This document shows positions 1-8,845 of a stretch of DNA of 48,914 nt, in pieces (position 1 is the stretch's first letter; the number at the start of each line of letters is the position of its first letter). The DNA is from Nocardioides sp. GTDB taxonomy: Bacteria; Actinomycetota; Actinomycetes; Propionibacteriales; Nocardioidaceae. The position numbers were made by a program, and so were the translations under genes. Location of the stretch: the NCBI GenBank assembly GCA_035458105.1, contig DATIAJ010000254.1, forward strand, positions 1 through 48,914, in the 5' to 3' direction. The notes below the pieces were generated by a model. It made no database searches. It had not been told where the DNA came from and worked only from the letters and a program-made list of their open reading frames with translations.

Positions 1-1490
1 GGCACCGGGCTGCCCCAGAAGCGGTTGCGGGTGATCGACCAGTCGCGGGCGTTCTCCAGCCACTTGCCGAACTGGCCGTCCTTGATGTGCTCGGGCACCC
101 AGCGGATGTCCTGGTTGAGCGCCATCAGGCGCTCCTTCACCTTGGTCACCTCGACGAACCACGACGAGACGCCCTTGTAGATCAGCGGCTGGCGGCAGCG
201 CCAGCAGTGCGGGTAGGAGTGGTCGTAGGTCTCTCGGCGCACGAGGACGGTGCCGGGGGTGACGCTTCCCGTCTCGCCGGTGCCGTTGGTGGCGGCCTTG
301 AGGTGGTCGATGATCTGGAGGTTGGCGTCGAAGACCTGCATGCCCTCGTAGTCGGTGACCGGGAACGTGAAGCGCCCGTCCTTGCCGACCGGCATGACCG
401 CCTCGATGCCCTCGCGGTCGGTGACGACCTTGTCGTCCTCACCGAAGGCGCCGGCGGTGTGCACCAGCCCGGTGCCGTCCGTGGTCGTCACGAACTCGGC
501 GGGCACGAGGCGGAAGGCGCGCTCGTGGCCGGCGTAGTAGCTGAACGGCGGGGCGTACTCCAGGCCGACGAGGTCGGCGCCCGTCCCGCGCCAGGTGACG
601 CTGGGGTCCTCCCCCAGCTCGCGTGCGTACGACGCCAGGCGGGCCTCGGCGATGAGGTAACGCTCCGGCTTGCCGGTCGGGCCGTCGGACTGCACGACGA
701 CGTAGTCGATGTCCTCGCCGACCATGACCGCGAGGTTGGACGGCAGGGTCCAGGGGGTCGTCGTCCAGACGAGGACCTTCACGCCCTTGAACGGGCCGTC
801 CGTGGTGACGTCGTAGCCGACGGTGACGGCCGGGTCCTGGCGCATCTGGTAGACGTCGTCGTCCATGCGCAGCTCGTGGTTGGACAGCGGCGTCTCGTCC
901 TGCCAGCAGTAGGGCAGCACGCGGAAGCCCTCGTAGACCAGGCCCTTGTCGTGCAGCTGCTTGAAGGCCCAGATGACCGACTCCATGAACTCGGGGTTCA
1001 TGGTGCGGTAGTCGTTGTCGAAGTCGACCCAGCGCGCCTGGCGGGTGACGTAGTCGCGCCACTCGCCGGTGTACTTCAGGACGGACTGGCGGCAGGCCTC
1101 GTTGAACTTCTCGATGCCCAGCTCGACGATCTCGTCGGTCGTCTTGATGCCGTTGAGGCGCATCGCCTCGAGCTCGGCGGGCAGGCCGTGGGTGTCCCAG
1201 CCGAAGCGTCGCTCGACCCGCTGGCCTCGCATGGTGCGGTAGCGCGGGATGAGGTCCTTGACGTAACCGGTGAGCAGGTGGCCGTAGTGCGGAAGGCCGT
1301 TGGCGAAGGGCGGGCCGTCGTAGAAGACGAACTCGTTGGCGCCGTCCTGGCCGGCGTCCCGCTGCTCGACGCTCGCGCGGAAGGTGTCGTCGGACTCCCA
1401 GTACGCCAGCACCGCCTCCTCGATCTCGGGGAAGCGTGGGCTGCTCGCGACGGTCGTGGCGTCGGTGTGGCTGACCTTGGGGTAGGTCAT
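1..1490 (-). CDS. ileS: Isoleucyl-tRNA synthetase, type 2 (5' part; continues beyond window start)
   Basis: Not in the ORF track (open-ended). Manual translation from ATG at 1490: MTYPKVS...[18 protein letters not shown] (HIGH motif as HYGH)...[10 protein letters not shown]...[11 protein letters not shown]...GTGLVHTA...HSYPHCWRC...[23 protein letters not shown] at 1498-1503. Confidence 0.97.
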   Translation of the reverse strand, partial: MTYPKVSHTDATTVASSPRFPEIEEAVLAYWESDDTFRASVEQRDAGQDGANEFVFYDGPPFANGLPHYGHLLTGYVKDLIPRYRTMRGQRVERRFGWDTHGLPAELEAMRLNGIKTTDEIVELGIEKFNEACRQSVLKYTGEWRDYVTRQARWVDFDNDYRTMNPEFMESVIWAFKQLHDKGLVYEGFRVLPYCWQDETPLSNHELRMDDDVYQMRQDPAVTVGYDVTTDGPFKGVKVLVWTTTPWTLPSNLAVMVGEDIDYVVVQSDGPTGKPERYLIAEARLASYARELGEDPSVTWRGTGADLVGLEYAPPFSYYAGHERAFRLVPAEFVTTTDGTGLVHTAGAFGEDDKVVTDREGIEAVMPVGKDGRFTFPVTDYEGMQVFDANLQIIDHLKAATNGTGETGSVTPGTVLVRRETYDHSYPHCWRCRQPLIYKGVSSWFVEVTKVKERLMALNQDIRWVPEHIKDGQFGKWLENARDWSITRNRFWGSPV

Positions 1491-1494
1491 GTGG

Positions 1495-1690
1495 GTGCTC
1501 CTCGCGGGCGTCGTACATCTCGGTCTGTGACACGAGGACGACGTCTGCCGCGGTACCACCTCGCTTGGGATCCGGGGACCCCCGCTTCGTTTCGGCTGTG
1601 TCGGGCCGGACCCGTCGGGTTCTACTGGGGCCGCGGCCGGATCGCCGTACCCGTTCTTCCCGAGGCTCGCCGCTGATGACGGCTCAGACG
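1495..1690 (-). promoter_or_regulatory. Translational T-box riboswitch (actinobacterial ileS type, ultrashort Stem I, Ile specifier AUC)
   Basis: On the minus strand: Stem I GCCG-UC-AUC-AG-CGGC (AUC = plus 1675-1677); Stem II region CGGGAAGAAC...CCAGUAGAACCCG; IIA/B ACGGG...CCCGACACAGCC; T-box AAGCGAGGUGGUACCGCG (plus 1549-1566); GUCCUCGUG can pair with the SD region CGCGAGGAG. Confidence 0.93.
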
Positions 1691-1699
1691 CCTGCCGCG

Positions 1700-1730
1700 A
1701 TCGTACGGCGCGGGCTCGCAGGCGCGCCAA
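1700..1730 (-). promoter_or_regulatory. Putative housekeeping promoter for T-box/ileS
   Basis: -10 TACGAT (plus 1700-1705) lies just upstream of the riboswitch; possible -35 TTGGCG (plus 1725-1730) with a rather long 19-bp spacer. Confidence 0.45.
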
Positions 1731-1746
1731 TTGGTTTGCGCGCGGG

Positions 1747-1906
1747 GGCGGGTTTCGCGCGCGAGGCCGGGGTAGTCCAGTGGACAGTGGCGGGTTTCGC
1801 GCGCGAGGCCGAGGTAGTCCAGTGGACAGTGGCGGGCATCGTGGCTGATTCACGACCTCTTTCCACTGGACTACCCCGCCCCAGCGCCAGAATCCACTGG
1901 ACTATC
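1747..1906. repeat. REP-like palindrome cluster (left): 42-bp tandem duplication plus two inverted core copies
   Basis: 1747-1788 and 1789-1830 match at 41 of 42 positions. Core GGTAGTCCAGTGGA at 1771-1784 and 1813-1826; inverted TCCACTGGACTA(C/T)C at 1862-1875 and 1893-1906. Confidence 0.9.
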
Positions 1907-1948
1907 CCAGCCGGGATGGGGCGGCGGCCAGAAACGACGCCGCCGAGG

Positions 1949-2986
1949 TCAGCCGGCCAGCCGGTATCGGAGAAGTCGGCGCCGCTGATCCTCCGTCAGC
2001 GAGCGGCGTCGCTCCACGGTCGCCGTCGAGACCCACGACGGTGGAGGAGTCAACGTCCAACGCCGCACCTCGTGCCGCTCATCAGCTCGACGCGCTGCTT
2101 GGTGGACGCGCTGGGCGAATCCGTCGAGATCCGACCAGTCGGTGGCGAGCATGGTGACCGTCTCGATCCCAAGGTCGCGGTACGTCGCCTCCTGGTCGCG
2201 GTCGGTCAACGCCCCGACGAGCGTGAGGTGGTCGCGCCCGTTGTAGAGCCCGACCAGCCCGAGATGCGGATCGACGAGGTCCGGAGTCGCGACGTGGCTT
2301 CCATCGGTTGTGAAGACGGGTGCGTTGCACCGGGGCCTCGCCAGACCGGCCCTGCGGGTCCAGACGCCCCTCATCTGTGTCTCACGGGGCGACCACGAGT
2401 TCTCATCCGCCTCGACGAGCGCGTCGCGTGCCTGCTGGATCCCGGTCACCGCACCGAGCTGGGCGACGTACGCCGAGACCTCGGCGATGCTCACCAGATC
2501 GGAGTAGCAGGCCATGTCGAGCGCCACGACGGCGTCTCCCAAGCTGGCTGCCGTCCGCATCTCAAACACCACGGACCGAACTGCCGGTGTGACCGCCAGG
2601 TCGTCCACCACCAGGATCTCCCGCGGGTCCAGGAACTCCTGACTCACCGAGAACCCCGGTTGCTCCAGCAGGTGTCGGCGAGCGACGAGTGGAACCTCAC
2701 GCAGCCCGACTCCGTCTATCGTCCCGTCGAACCAGCGTGCGCCCTGCCAGTCCAACGCGGCCCACCCGGTGACTGCCTCGTCCTCATGGAGGACGGAGCT
2801 CGCCTCGAGCGTTCGCTGCTGGGAGGTGACGACGACACCAGCGGGCACCACCAGCCCGCGCGACGTCGTACGCCATCTCCGTCCGCGCGCCTGACCACGC
2901 GACGGGCCGCTCTGGCCCGAGGCGTCGACCCTCACCGGCGCGACCAGGCCCGGGCGCTGCGGGTGGAAGGGTGGCGGGACGTACAC
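1949..2986 (-). CDS. Actinobacterial AbiEi/DUF559 (Vsr-like PD-(D/E)XK fold) family protein
   Basis: Motifs AVTGWAALDWQG, ENSWSPRETQMR, PRCNAPVF..DG....TPDL.D...GLVGLYNGRDH and a DRDQE..YRDLG tail are typical of this multi-copy family. GTG start at 2986 preferred; the ORF track extends it to 3031. Confidence 0.7.
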   Translation of the reverse strand: MYVPPPFHPQRPGLVAPVRVDASGQSGPSRGQARGRRWRTTSRGLVVPAGVVVTSQQRTLEASSVLHEDEAVTGWAALDWQGARWFDGTIDGVGLREVPLVARRHLLEQPGFSVSQEFLDPREILVVDDLAVTPAVRSVVFEMRTAASLGDAVVALDMACYSDLVSIAEVSAYVAQLGAVTGIQQARDALVEADENSWSPRETQMRGVWTRRAGLARPRCNAPVFTTDGSHVATPDLVDPHLGLVGLYNGRDHLTLVGALTDRDQEATYRDLGIETVTMLATDWSDLDGFAQRVHQAARRADERHEVRRWTLTPPPSWVSTATVERRRSLTEDQRRRLLRYRLAG

Positions 2987-3063
2987 ATGACGAGCCTTAC
3001 CCGCCTGGCACCTTCCGCGGCGCTCGTCCACAGGGAAGATCGAGGCTGGCGACGGCCGCCGCC

Positions 3064-3157
3064 GGTAGTCCGGTGGGCAATGGCTGTCCTGCAGCCCCGA
3101 CCGCAGCCAGAACTCACTGGACTACCGAGAGCTAGCGCCAGAACCCATTGGACTACC
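3064..3157. repeat. REP-like palindrome cluster (right)
   Basis: GGTAGTCCGGTGGG at 3064-3077; CACTGGACTACC-N7-AGCGCCAGAACCCATTGGACTACC at 3115-3157, with the same layout and spacing as 1864-1906. Confidence 0.85.
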
Positions 3158-3184
3158 AACACCCGGGAGCGGTTGGGTGGTCCC

Positions 3185-3730
3185 ATGGCGAACCCCGGGT
3201 ACGACGGCATGTGGCTCCCGACCGACCAGGACCCGCGGATGCAGATGGGGCCCACGCGCGGGGAGCGCGAGTGCTTGGTCGGCTACCTCGAGCACTACCG
3301 GCAGACGCTCGCACTGAAGTGCGACGACCTGACCGCGGAGCAGCTGGCGACGAGGGCGGTGCCGCCGTCCAACATCTCGCTGCTCGGCCTGGTCCGCCAC
3401 ATGGCCCGGGTCGAGCAGAGCTGGTTCCGCCGGGTGATCGAAGGGCGGATGGACCTGCCGCGGTTGTTCCAGGACGAGGCGGAGGACGCGGGGTTCACGT
3501 TCCCGGAGGCCGATGACGACCTCGTGCGCGCCAGCCACGCGCTCTGGCAGTCGGAGATCGCCTACGCCCGCGAGGTCCTCGACCGCACCGACCTCGACAC
3601 CGTCGTGGACGTGCACGGCGAGCCCACCGAGGTGCGCGACATCATCGTCCACATGATCGAGGAGTACGCCCGCCACTGCGGGCACGCCGACCTCGTGCGG
3701 GAGTGCATCGACGGCCGCACCGGCCAGTGA
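3185..3730 (+). CDS. DinB/DUF664 family protein (mycothiol transferase-like superfamily)
   Basis: SLLGLVRHMARVEQSWF and HMIEEYARHCGHADLVRE.IDG signatures; ATG at 3185 in the frame of ORF 1565..3730. Confidence 0.9.
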   Translation: MANPGYDGMWLPTDQDPRMQMGPTRGERECLVGYLEHYRQTLALKCDDLTAEQLATRAVPPSNISLLGLVRHMARVEQSWFRRVIEGRMDLPRLFQDEAEDAGFTFPEADDDLVRASHALWQSEIAYAREVLDRTDLDTVVDVHGEPTEVRDIIVHMIEEYARHCGHADLVRECIDGRTGQ

Positions 3731-3743
3731 GCCGATCCGGTGG

Positions 3744-4445
3744 CTAGAGGTTGGCGTGGACGGTGAACCGGAGCACGCCGCGGCAGCCGCTGTCGTAGGA
3801 CCACGTCATGCTGCCCACCCCGCGGGTGGTCGAGACGAAGTCGAGCTCGAGGACCATCTGGGAGCCGTCGGCCCCGACCGCCGTACCGTAGACCTCGTTG
3901 TTGCGCGGGACGGAGATGGCCGGGAACAGGAAGTCCTGCGTGCCGCAACTGGTGCGCACCTTGCCCGTGAGCACGTTGATCTGGCCGCCGAGGAGCTGGA
4001 ACCCCACGCCGTCGCCCGACCAGCCCGTCGCGCGCGGCGGCAGCGGGGCCGGCCGCAGCGCCAGCCTCACCGACGTACGGGCCAGGGACGTGCCGAGCTC
4101 GGTGGCCTCGAGCTTGAGGGTCGACGACGCGACCCGCAGCTTCGCCCACACCAGGCCGGTGCGGCTGTCCTGCGCACCCAGCCCCCCGACGGAGAGCTTG
4201 CGGAAGCGGATACCGGTGCCGCTGCCGATGACCTGGACGTCCTCGGCCGGGACCGCGGAGGTGTTGGTGACCGTGACGGAGATGCGCGTCCACACGCCCT
4301 TCACGAGCTTGTCGGAGCGCGGTGCGGTGACCGTCAGAGCGACCCCGTCCGCGGCCGGGGCGCTCGCGACGGCTGGGCCGACGCCGACGAGAGCGAAAAC
4401 AACGGCGAGCAACAGGCTGCCCACCAAGGAGAGGTGCCGGGTCAT
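3744..4445 (-). CDS. Secreted hypothetical protein, beta-rich / Ig-like (CARDB-like) N-terminal region
   Basis: Signal peptide MTRHLSLVGSLLLAVVFALVGVGPAVA; ISVTVTNTSAVPAEDV strand motif; ATG at 4445. Confidence 0.65.
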   Translation of the reverse strand: MTRHLSLVGSLLLAVVFALVGVGPAVASAPAADGVALTVTAPRSDKLVKGVWTRISVTVTNTSAVPAEDVQVIGSGTGIRFRKLSVGGLGAQDSRTGLVWAKLRVASSTLKLEATELGTSLARTSVRLALRPAPLPPRATGWSGDGVGFQLLGGQINVLTGKVRTSCGTQDFLFPAISVPRNNEVYGTAVGADGSQMVLELDFVSTTRGVGSMTWSYDSGCRGVLRFTVHANL

Positions 4446-4511
4446 GGGCGCAGTGTCGCACCGGGTGGACGTGCGCGTGGGCGGAATGGGCCGCATCCGT
4501 AGGCTGTGCGC

Positions 4512-5441
4512 GTGACTGCTGCCTCCGGCTACGGCCTGCTGACCCTGCACGGCGACACCGTCCTCGACGCCTGGTTCCCCTCCCCCGTCCTCGGCGCCAC
4601 GGAGGGCGACGCCCCGTCCGAGCTGTCGGCACTGGAGGGCGACGACGAGACCCGCGGCGTACGACGCGAGGTGCGGCTGGTCGAGATCGCCGCGCTCGAC
4701 GACGCACCCGCCTCGACCGAGGAGGTCTGGCTGCGGCTGCACCTGCTCTCCACCCGTCTGGTCAGGCCCCACGGGCTGAACCTCGACGGCGTGTTCGGCC
4801 TGCTCACCAACGTCGTGTGGACCTCCGCGGGCCCGTGCGCGGTCGAGGGCTTCGAGGCCACCCGCGTCCGGATGCGCGCGAGCGGCGAGCACGTCACCGT
4901 CTTCGGCGTCGACAAGTTCCCGCGGATGGTCGACTACGTCGTGCCCAGCGGCGTACGCATCGGCGACGCCGACCGCGTCCGGCTCGGCGCCCACCTCGCC
5001 GAGGGGACGACGGTGATGCACGAGGGCTTCGTGAACTTCAACGCCGGCACGCTCGGCACCTCGATGGTCGAGGGCCGGATCTCCGGTGGCGTGGTCGTCG
5101 GCGACGGCTCCGACGTCGGCGGCGGCTCCTCGATCATGGGCACGCTGTCGGGCGGCGGCAAGGAGGTCATCTCCATCGGTGAGCGCTGCCTGCTCGGCGC
5201 CAACGCCGGCATCGGGATCTCGCTCGGCGACGACTGCGTCGTGGAGGCGGGCTGCTACGTCACCGCCGGCACCAAGGTCACCGTCAAGGACATGGACGGC
5301 AAGCCGGCCGTCGTGAAGGCGGCGACCCTCTCGGGCGTCGACAACGTCCTGTTCCGCCGCAACTCGGTGAGCGGCGCCATCGAGGCCGTGCCGTGGAAGG
5401 GCGAGGGCATCGCCCTCAACGCGGCACTGCACGCCAACTAG
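4512..5441 (+). CDS. dapD: Tetrahydrodipicolinate N-succinyltransferase (actinobacterial type)
   Basis: [62 protein letters not shown], hexapeptide repeats, C-terminal LNAALHAN. Confidence 0.96.
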   Translation: MTAASGYGLLTLHGDTVLDAWFPSPVLGATEGDAPSELSALEGDDETRGVRREVRLVEIAALDDAPASTEEVWLRLHLLSTRLVRPHGLNLDGVFGLLTNVVWTSAGPCAVEGFEATRVRMRASGEHVTVFGVDKFPRMVDYVVPSGVRIGDADRVRLGAHLAEGTTVMHEGFVNFNAGTLGTSMVEGRISGGVVVGDGSDVGGGSSIMGTLSGGGKEVISIGERCLLGANAGIGISLGDDCVVEAGCYVTAGTKVTVKDMDGKPAVVKAATLSGVDNVLFRRNSVSGAIEAVPWKGEGIALNAALHAN

Positions 5442-5448
5442 GACCCTC

Positions 5449-6417
5449 GTGCCCTCCCTCCGCACGGTCGCCGTCGGCACGGTGGTCGCGCTCGGCGCCG
5501 TCGCGACCGCCGTGGTCCTCGTCGATCGCGGCGCGGTGCCGCCTCTGCTCGACACCAGCGGGTGCACCGCCGAGGTCGACGGCCACACCGTCGAGGTCGA
5601 CCTCGAGCAGGCCGAGAACGCCGCGCTCATCACCGCGATCTCCGTCGAGCGCGGCATGCCCGCGCGGGCGGCGAGCATCGCGCTCGCGACGGCCTACCAG
5701 GAGTCCAAGCTCTACAACATCGACTACGGCGACCGGGACTCCGTCGGGCTGTTCCAGCAGCGGCCGTCGCAGGGTTGGGGCAGCGTCGAGCAGCTGACCG
5801 ACCCGGTCTACGCCACCAACGCCTTCTACGACGCCCTGCAGAAGGTCGACGGCTACGACTCGATGGAGATCACGGTCGCCGCCCAGGAGGTGCAGCGCTC
5901 GGGCTTCCCCGACGCCTACGCCGACCACGAGAAGGACGGCCGCGCCCTCGCCTCCGCGTTGACCGGCAACTCGCGTGCCGCGCTGTGGTGCGACGTCCCG
6001 GGCGACGCCGACGAGGTCAGCGACGCGATCGACGAGGCCGGCCTGGTGTCGCGCGCAGCCGTCGTACGCCGTGACCTCGAGGAGCGCTTCGGCGCGCTGT
6101 CCCTCGGCGGCTTCGAGCCCGGCGGCGTGTCGAGCGGGCACATGGAGGGCTCGGCCCACTACGAGGGCCGGGCCATCGACGTGTTCTTCCGGCCGGTCAA
6201 CGACGAGAACAAGAAGCGCGGCTGGGCGATGGCGTCCTACCTCGTCGCCAACGCCGACCGGCTCGACATCAAGACGATCATCTTCGACGACCGCATCTGG
6301 CGCGCCGGGTCATGGGCGGGCGACGGCTGGCGCGACTACCGCGTGCCGTCGTCCTCGGGTGGCGACCGGGCGATCCTCGAGCACCGCGACCACGTCCACG
6401 TCGACGTCTTCGACTGA
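5449..6417 (+). CDS. Exported putative cell-wall hydrolase: lysozyme-like domain plus C-terminal peptidase M15-like zinc domain
   Basis: N-terminal TM/signal; ATAYQES...GDRDSVGLFQQRPSQGWG...AQEVQRSGFP; C-terminal SAHYEGRAID...HRDHVHV. Confidence 0.75.
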   Translation: MPSLRTVAVGTVVALGAVATAVVLVDRGAVPPLLDTSGCTAEVDGHTVEVDLEQAENAALITAISVERGMPARAASIALATAYQESKLYNIDYGDRDSVGLFQQRPSQGWGSVEQLTDPVYATNAFYDALQKVDGYDSMEITVAAQEVQRSGFPDAYADHEKDGRALASALTGNSRAALWCDVPGDADEVSDAIDEAGLVSRAAVVRRDLEERFGALSLGGFEPGGVSSGHMEGSAHYEGRAIDVFFRPVNDENKKRGWAMASYLVANADRLDIKTIIFDDRIWRAGSWAGDGWRDYRVPSSSGGDRAILEHRDHVHVDVFD

Positions 6418-6737
6418 CTCGACGCCACCGTCGGAGGGGTCGTTCGTCCCACGCGTTCCCCTGGGCTCGTCGAGTCCCCGCTCGAGCGGGGAGTCCGGCA
6501 CTTCGTGGCCTGTACAACCCCCACGAGGTGTCGGACTACGCCAGCAGGTAGGGACCCAGCGGGGTACTACGCCGGCGTGCCCGCACGGCGCGGGCACTCA
6601 TCACCCTTTTCAGGGAACCTCGCGCTCGACAGCGGCGACGCCCATCACGAGGTCTAACGTCGCGAGACCGGGCGGTTCTGCGCTCGAACGCACTCTTCCC
6701 GGGCAACCCCCCAACCCGCGCGACGAGGGAGATCGAC

Positions 6738-7634
6738 ATGCGCATCCTGGCCATCGCCACCGCAGGCGCCTGCCTGCTCGCGGCGACCCTACCGACAGTC
6801 ACCACGGCTGCCGCCCACCCGACCGAGACTGCACTCTCGGGAGCCATCTTCACGACCGACGCCAGCGGCAACCCGGTCAACCTGAACATCTACGACGCGA
6901 AGGAGGACGTCTACCTCAACGGTGGTCCCGGCATCAACGCACCCGACGACGCAGCCGGGCTCCCGGCCGGCACGTACAGCTTCCAGGTCACGGACCCGAA
7001 CGGCGGGACGCTGCTGTCGACCGACAACGTCGCCTGTCGCCAGTTCAGCGTGGACGCGAGCGGGGTCATCACCAGCGTGGCTCCCTCAGTTCCCTGCGCC
7101 CACGCCACCGACACCTCCACCGAGGACGGCGGCCTGACGGTCCAGCTGTTCCCCTTCAACGACACCCCGAACAACGGCGGGGTCTACAAGGTCTGGGTGA
7201 CCCCGACGGAGATGCTGGACTGCGATGCACCCGGGAACAAGAACTGCTTCGTCCCCCACCACAGCAAGACCGACAACTTCAAGGTGAGGGAGGGTGCCAT
7301 CGTCGAGATCGACGCGCGCTTCTCCCGGCACGGGACGCCGGGCTTCATCGACGGCCTCATGGCCACGAAGTTCGACACGGTGGGCGCGCACAACAACAAG
7401 TACTCGGAGTACGACCCTGCCGTCCTGGCCTTCCACGAGGCCCACTTCGAGGCGGTCGAGCCGGGTGACCACCAGGTCGTGGTCAGCGACCAGGACGACT
7501 GCACGATCATCGACGCCCACGGACCGGACGGGACGACGTACCTGCCCGTCAACGGGACGGTCACGGTGCCGGTGACGGTGGCGAAGAACGTCCGCAAGGA
7601 CAGGACGTACTTCGTCGACGTCCACTGCGCCTGA
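6738..7634 (+). CDS. Secreted hypothetical protein with several cysteines
   Basis: SD GAGGGA, signal peptide, coherent codon use; AIFTTD...VNLNIYDAKEDVYLNGGPG...GTYSFQVTDPNG..LLSTD...VQLFPFNDTPNNGGVYKVW...SKTDNFKV. Confidence 0.8.
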   Translation: MRILAIATAGACLLAATLPTVTTAAAHPTETALSGAIFTTDASGNPVNLNIYDAKEDVYLNGGPGINAPDDAAGLPAGTYSFQVTDPNGGTLLSTDNVACRQFSVDASGVITSVAPSVPCAHATDTSTEDGGLTVQLFPFNDTPNNGGVYKVWVTPTEMLDCDAPGNKNCFVPHHSKTDNFKVREGAIVEIDARFSRHGTPGFIDGLMATKFDTVGAHNNKYSEYDPAVLAFHEAHFEAVEPGDHQVVVSDQDDCTIIDAHGPDGTTYLPVNGTVTVPVTVAKNVRKDRTYFVDVHCA

Positions 7635-7646
7635 GCCCACCTCAGC

Positions 7647-7690
7647 GGCTGAGCCCCGGTCGTGCCAGCAGGCTCGACCGGGGTTCAGCC
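7647..7690. terminator. Likely bidirectional intrinsic terminator between convergent genes
   Basis: GGCTGAGCCCCGGTCG (7647-7662) pairs with CGACCGGGGTTCAGCC (7675-7690): a 16-bp stem with one G-U pair. Confidence 0.7.
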
Positions 7691-8845
7691 CGTGAGGCGC
7701 GCGGCCGCGGCGGCGACCCGCTCGTCGGTCGCGGTGAAGGCGACGCGTACGTGCTGGCGTCCGGCGGGGCCGTAGAACTCACCCGGCGCGACGAGGATGC
7801 CCCGCTCGGCGAGCGAGGACACCGTCGTCCAGCAGTCCTCCCCTCGACTCGCCCAGAGGTAGAGCGAGGCCTCCGAGTGGTCGATGCGGAAGCCGGCGGC
7901 CTCGAGGGCGTCCTTCAGCAGCGCCCGGCGGGCGGCGTACCTCGCGCGCTGCTCGTCCACGTGCGCGTCGTCGTCGAGCGCGGCGATCATCGCGCGCTGC
8001 TGGGGGCCGGGCATCTGGAGCCCGAGGTTCTTGCGGACGGCGAGCAGCTCGCCGACCAGGGCGGGGTCACCGGCCAGGAAGGCACAGCGGTAGCCGGCCA
8101 GGTTGGACCGCTTGGAGAGGGAGTGGACGGCGAGGATGCCGTCGAGGGAGCCGCCGTTGACCTGCGGATCGAGGATCGACAGCGGCCGCTCGTCGGGGTC
8201 GTCGGACCACGCGCACTCGATGTAGCACTCGTCGGAGACGAGGATCGTGCCGCGCTCGCGGCACCAGTCGACGACCTTGCGGAGGTGGGCCAGCGGCAGC
8301 ACGCGGCCGGTCGGGTTGGCCGGGCTGTTGAGCCACAGCAGGCGCGGGGTGCGCGGCCCGAACGCGGTGAGCGAGTCGGTCGCCAGGCTGTCGGCACCGG
8401 CGAGGGCAGCGCCCACCTCGTAGGTCGGGTAGGCGAGGGCCGGGTAGCCGATCAGGTCACCCGGGCCGATGCCGAGGTGGAGCGCCATCGAGCCGATGAG
8501 CTCCTTGGAACCGGTCACCGGCAGCACGCCGTCGAGCCCCAGCCCCGTCACGCCGTGGCGCCGGGCCAGCCAGTCGATCGCCGCCTGCCGCGTCGCCTCG
8601 AGCCCGATGGTGGTCGGGTAGCCCGGGGAGTCGGCGGCACCCCGCAGCGCGTCCTGGACGACGGCGGGGGTCGGGTCGACGGGCGTGCCGACGGACAGGT
8701 CACAGACGCCATCGGGGTGGGACCGCGCCGTCGCTGCATGGGTCGTGAGCTTGTCCCAGGGGAAGTCGGGGAGCCGCTGCGAGACCTTCCGGTGGTCTCG
8801 TGACGGTCGCTGGGCGACCTCCTCGACCAACGGAAGGTCGGTCAC
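7685..8845 (-). CDS. dapC: Succinyldiaminopimelate transaminase
   Basis: [45 protein letters not shown] (PLP lysine). GTG at 8845 overlaps the fdxA stop (GTGA); conserved fdxA-dapC pairing. Confidence 0.93.
   Translation of the reverse strand: MTDLPLVEEVAQRPSRDHRKVSQRLPDFPWDKLTTHAATARSHPDGVCDLSVGTPVDPTPAVVQDALRGAADSPGYPTTIGLEATRQAAIDWLARRHGVTGLGLDGVLPVTGSKELIGSMALHLGIGPGDLIGYPALAYPTYEVGAALAGADSLATDSLTAFGPRTPRLLWLNSPANPTGRVLPLAHLRKVVDWCRERGTILVSDECYIECAWSDDPDERPLSILDPQVNGGSLDGILAVHSLSKRSNLAGYRCAFLAGDPALVGELLAVRKNLGLQMPGPQQRAMIAALDDDAHVDEQRARYAARRALLKDALEAAGFRIDHSEASLYLWASRGEDCWTTVSSLAERGILVAPGEFYGPAGRQHVRVAFTATDERVAAAAARLTG
8783..8839. repeat. Long imperfect palindrome (REP-like) inside the dapC 5' end
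   Basis: GACCTTCCG (8783-8791) pairs with CGGAAGGTC (8831-8839); inner TGGTC/GACCA and GGTCGC-TGG-GCGACC stems. Confidence 0.65.

Noticed and set aside
87-1676. 529-aa plus-strand ORF and other long antisense ORFs (e.g. 12352..14589, 28790..30385, 42061..43833)
   Set aside because: Shadow ORFs opposite well-supported genes, expected at high GC; no recognisable motifs.
1747-1906. Repeat cluster as a CRISPR array
   Set aside because: Copies occur in both orientations, there are no unique regularly sized spacers, and no cas genes are present.
1565-3184. Long N-terminal extension of ORF 1565..3730
   Set aside because: It crosses the T-box, the repeats and the antisense of the DUF559-like gene; only the DinB part from 3185 is protein-like.
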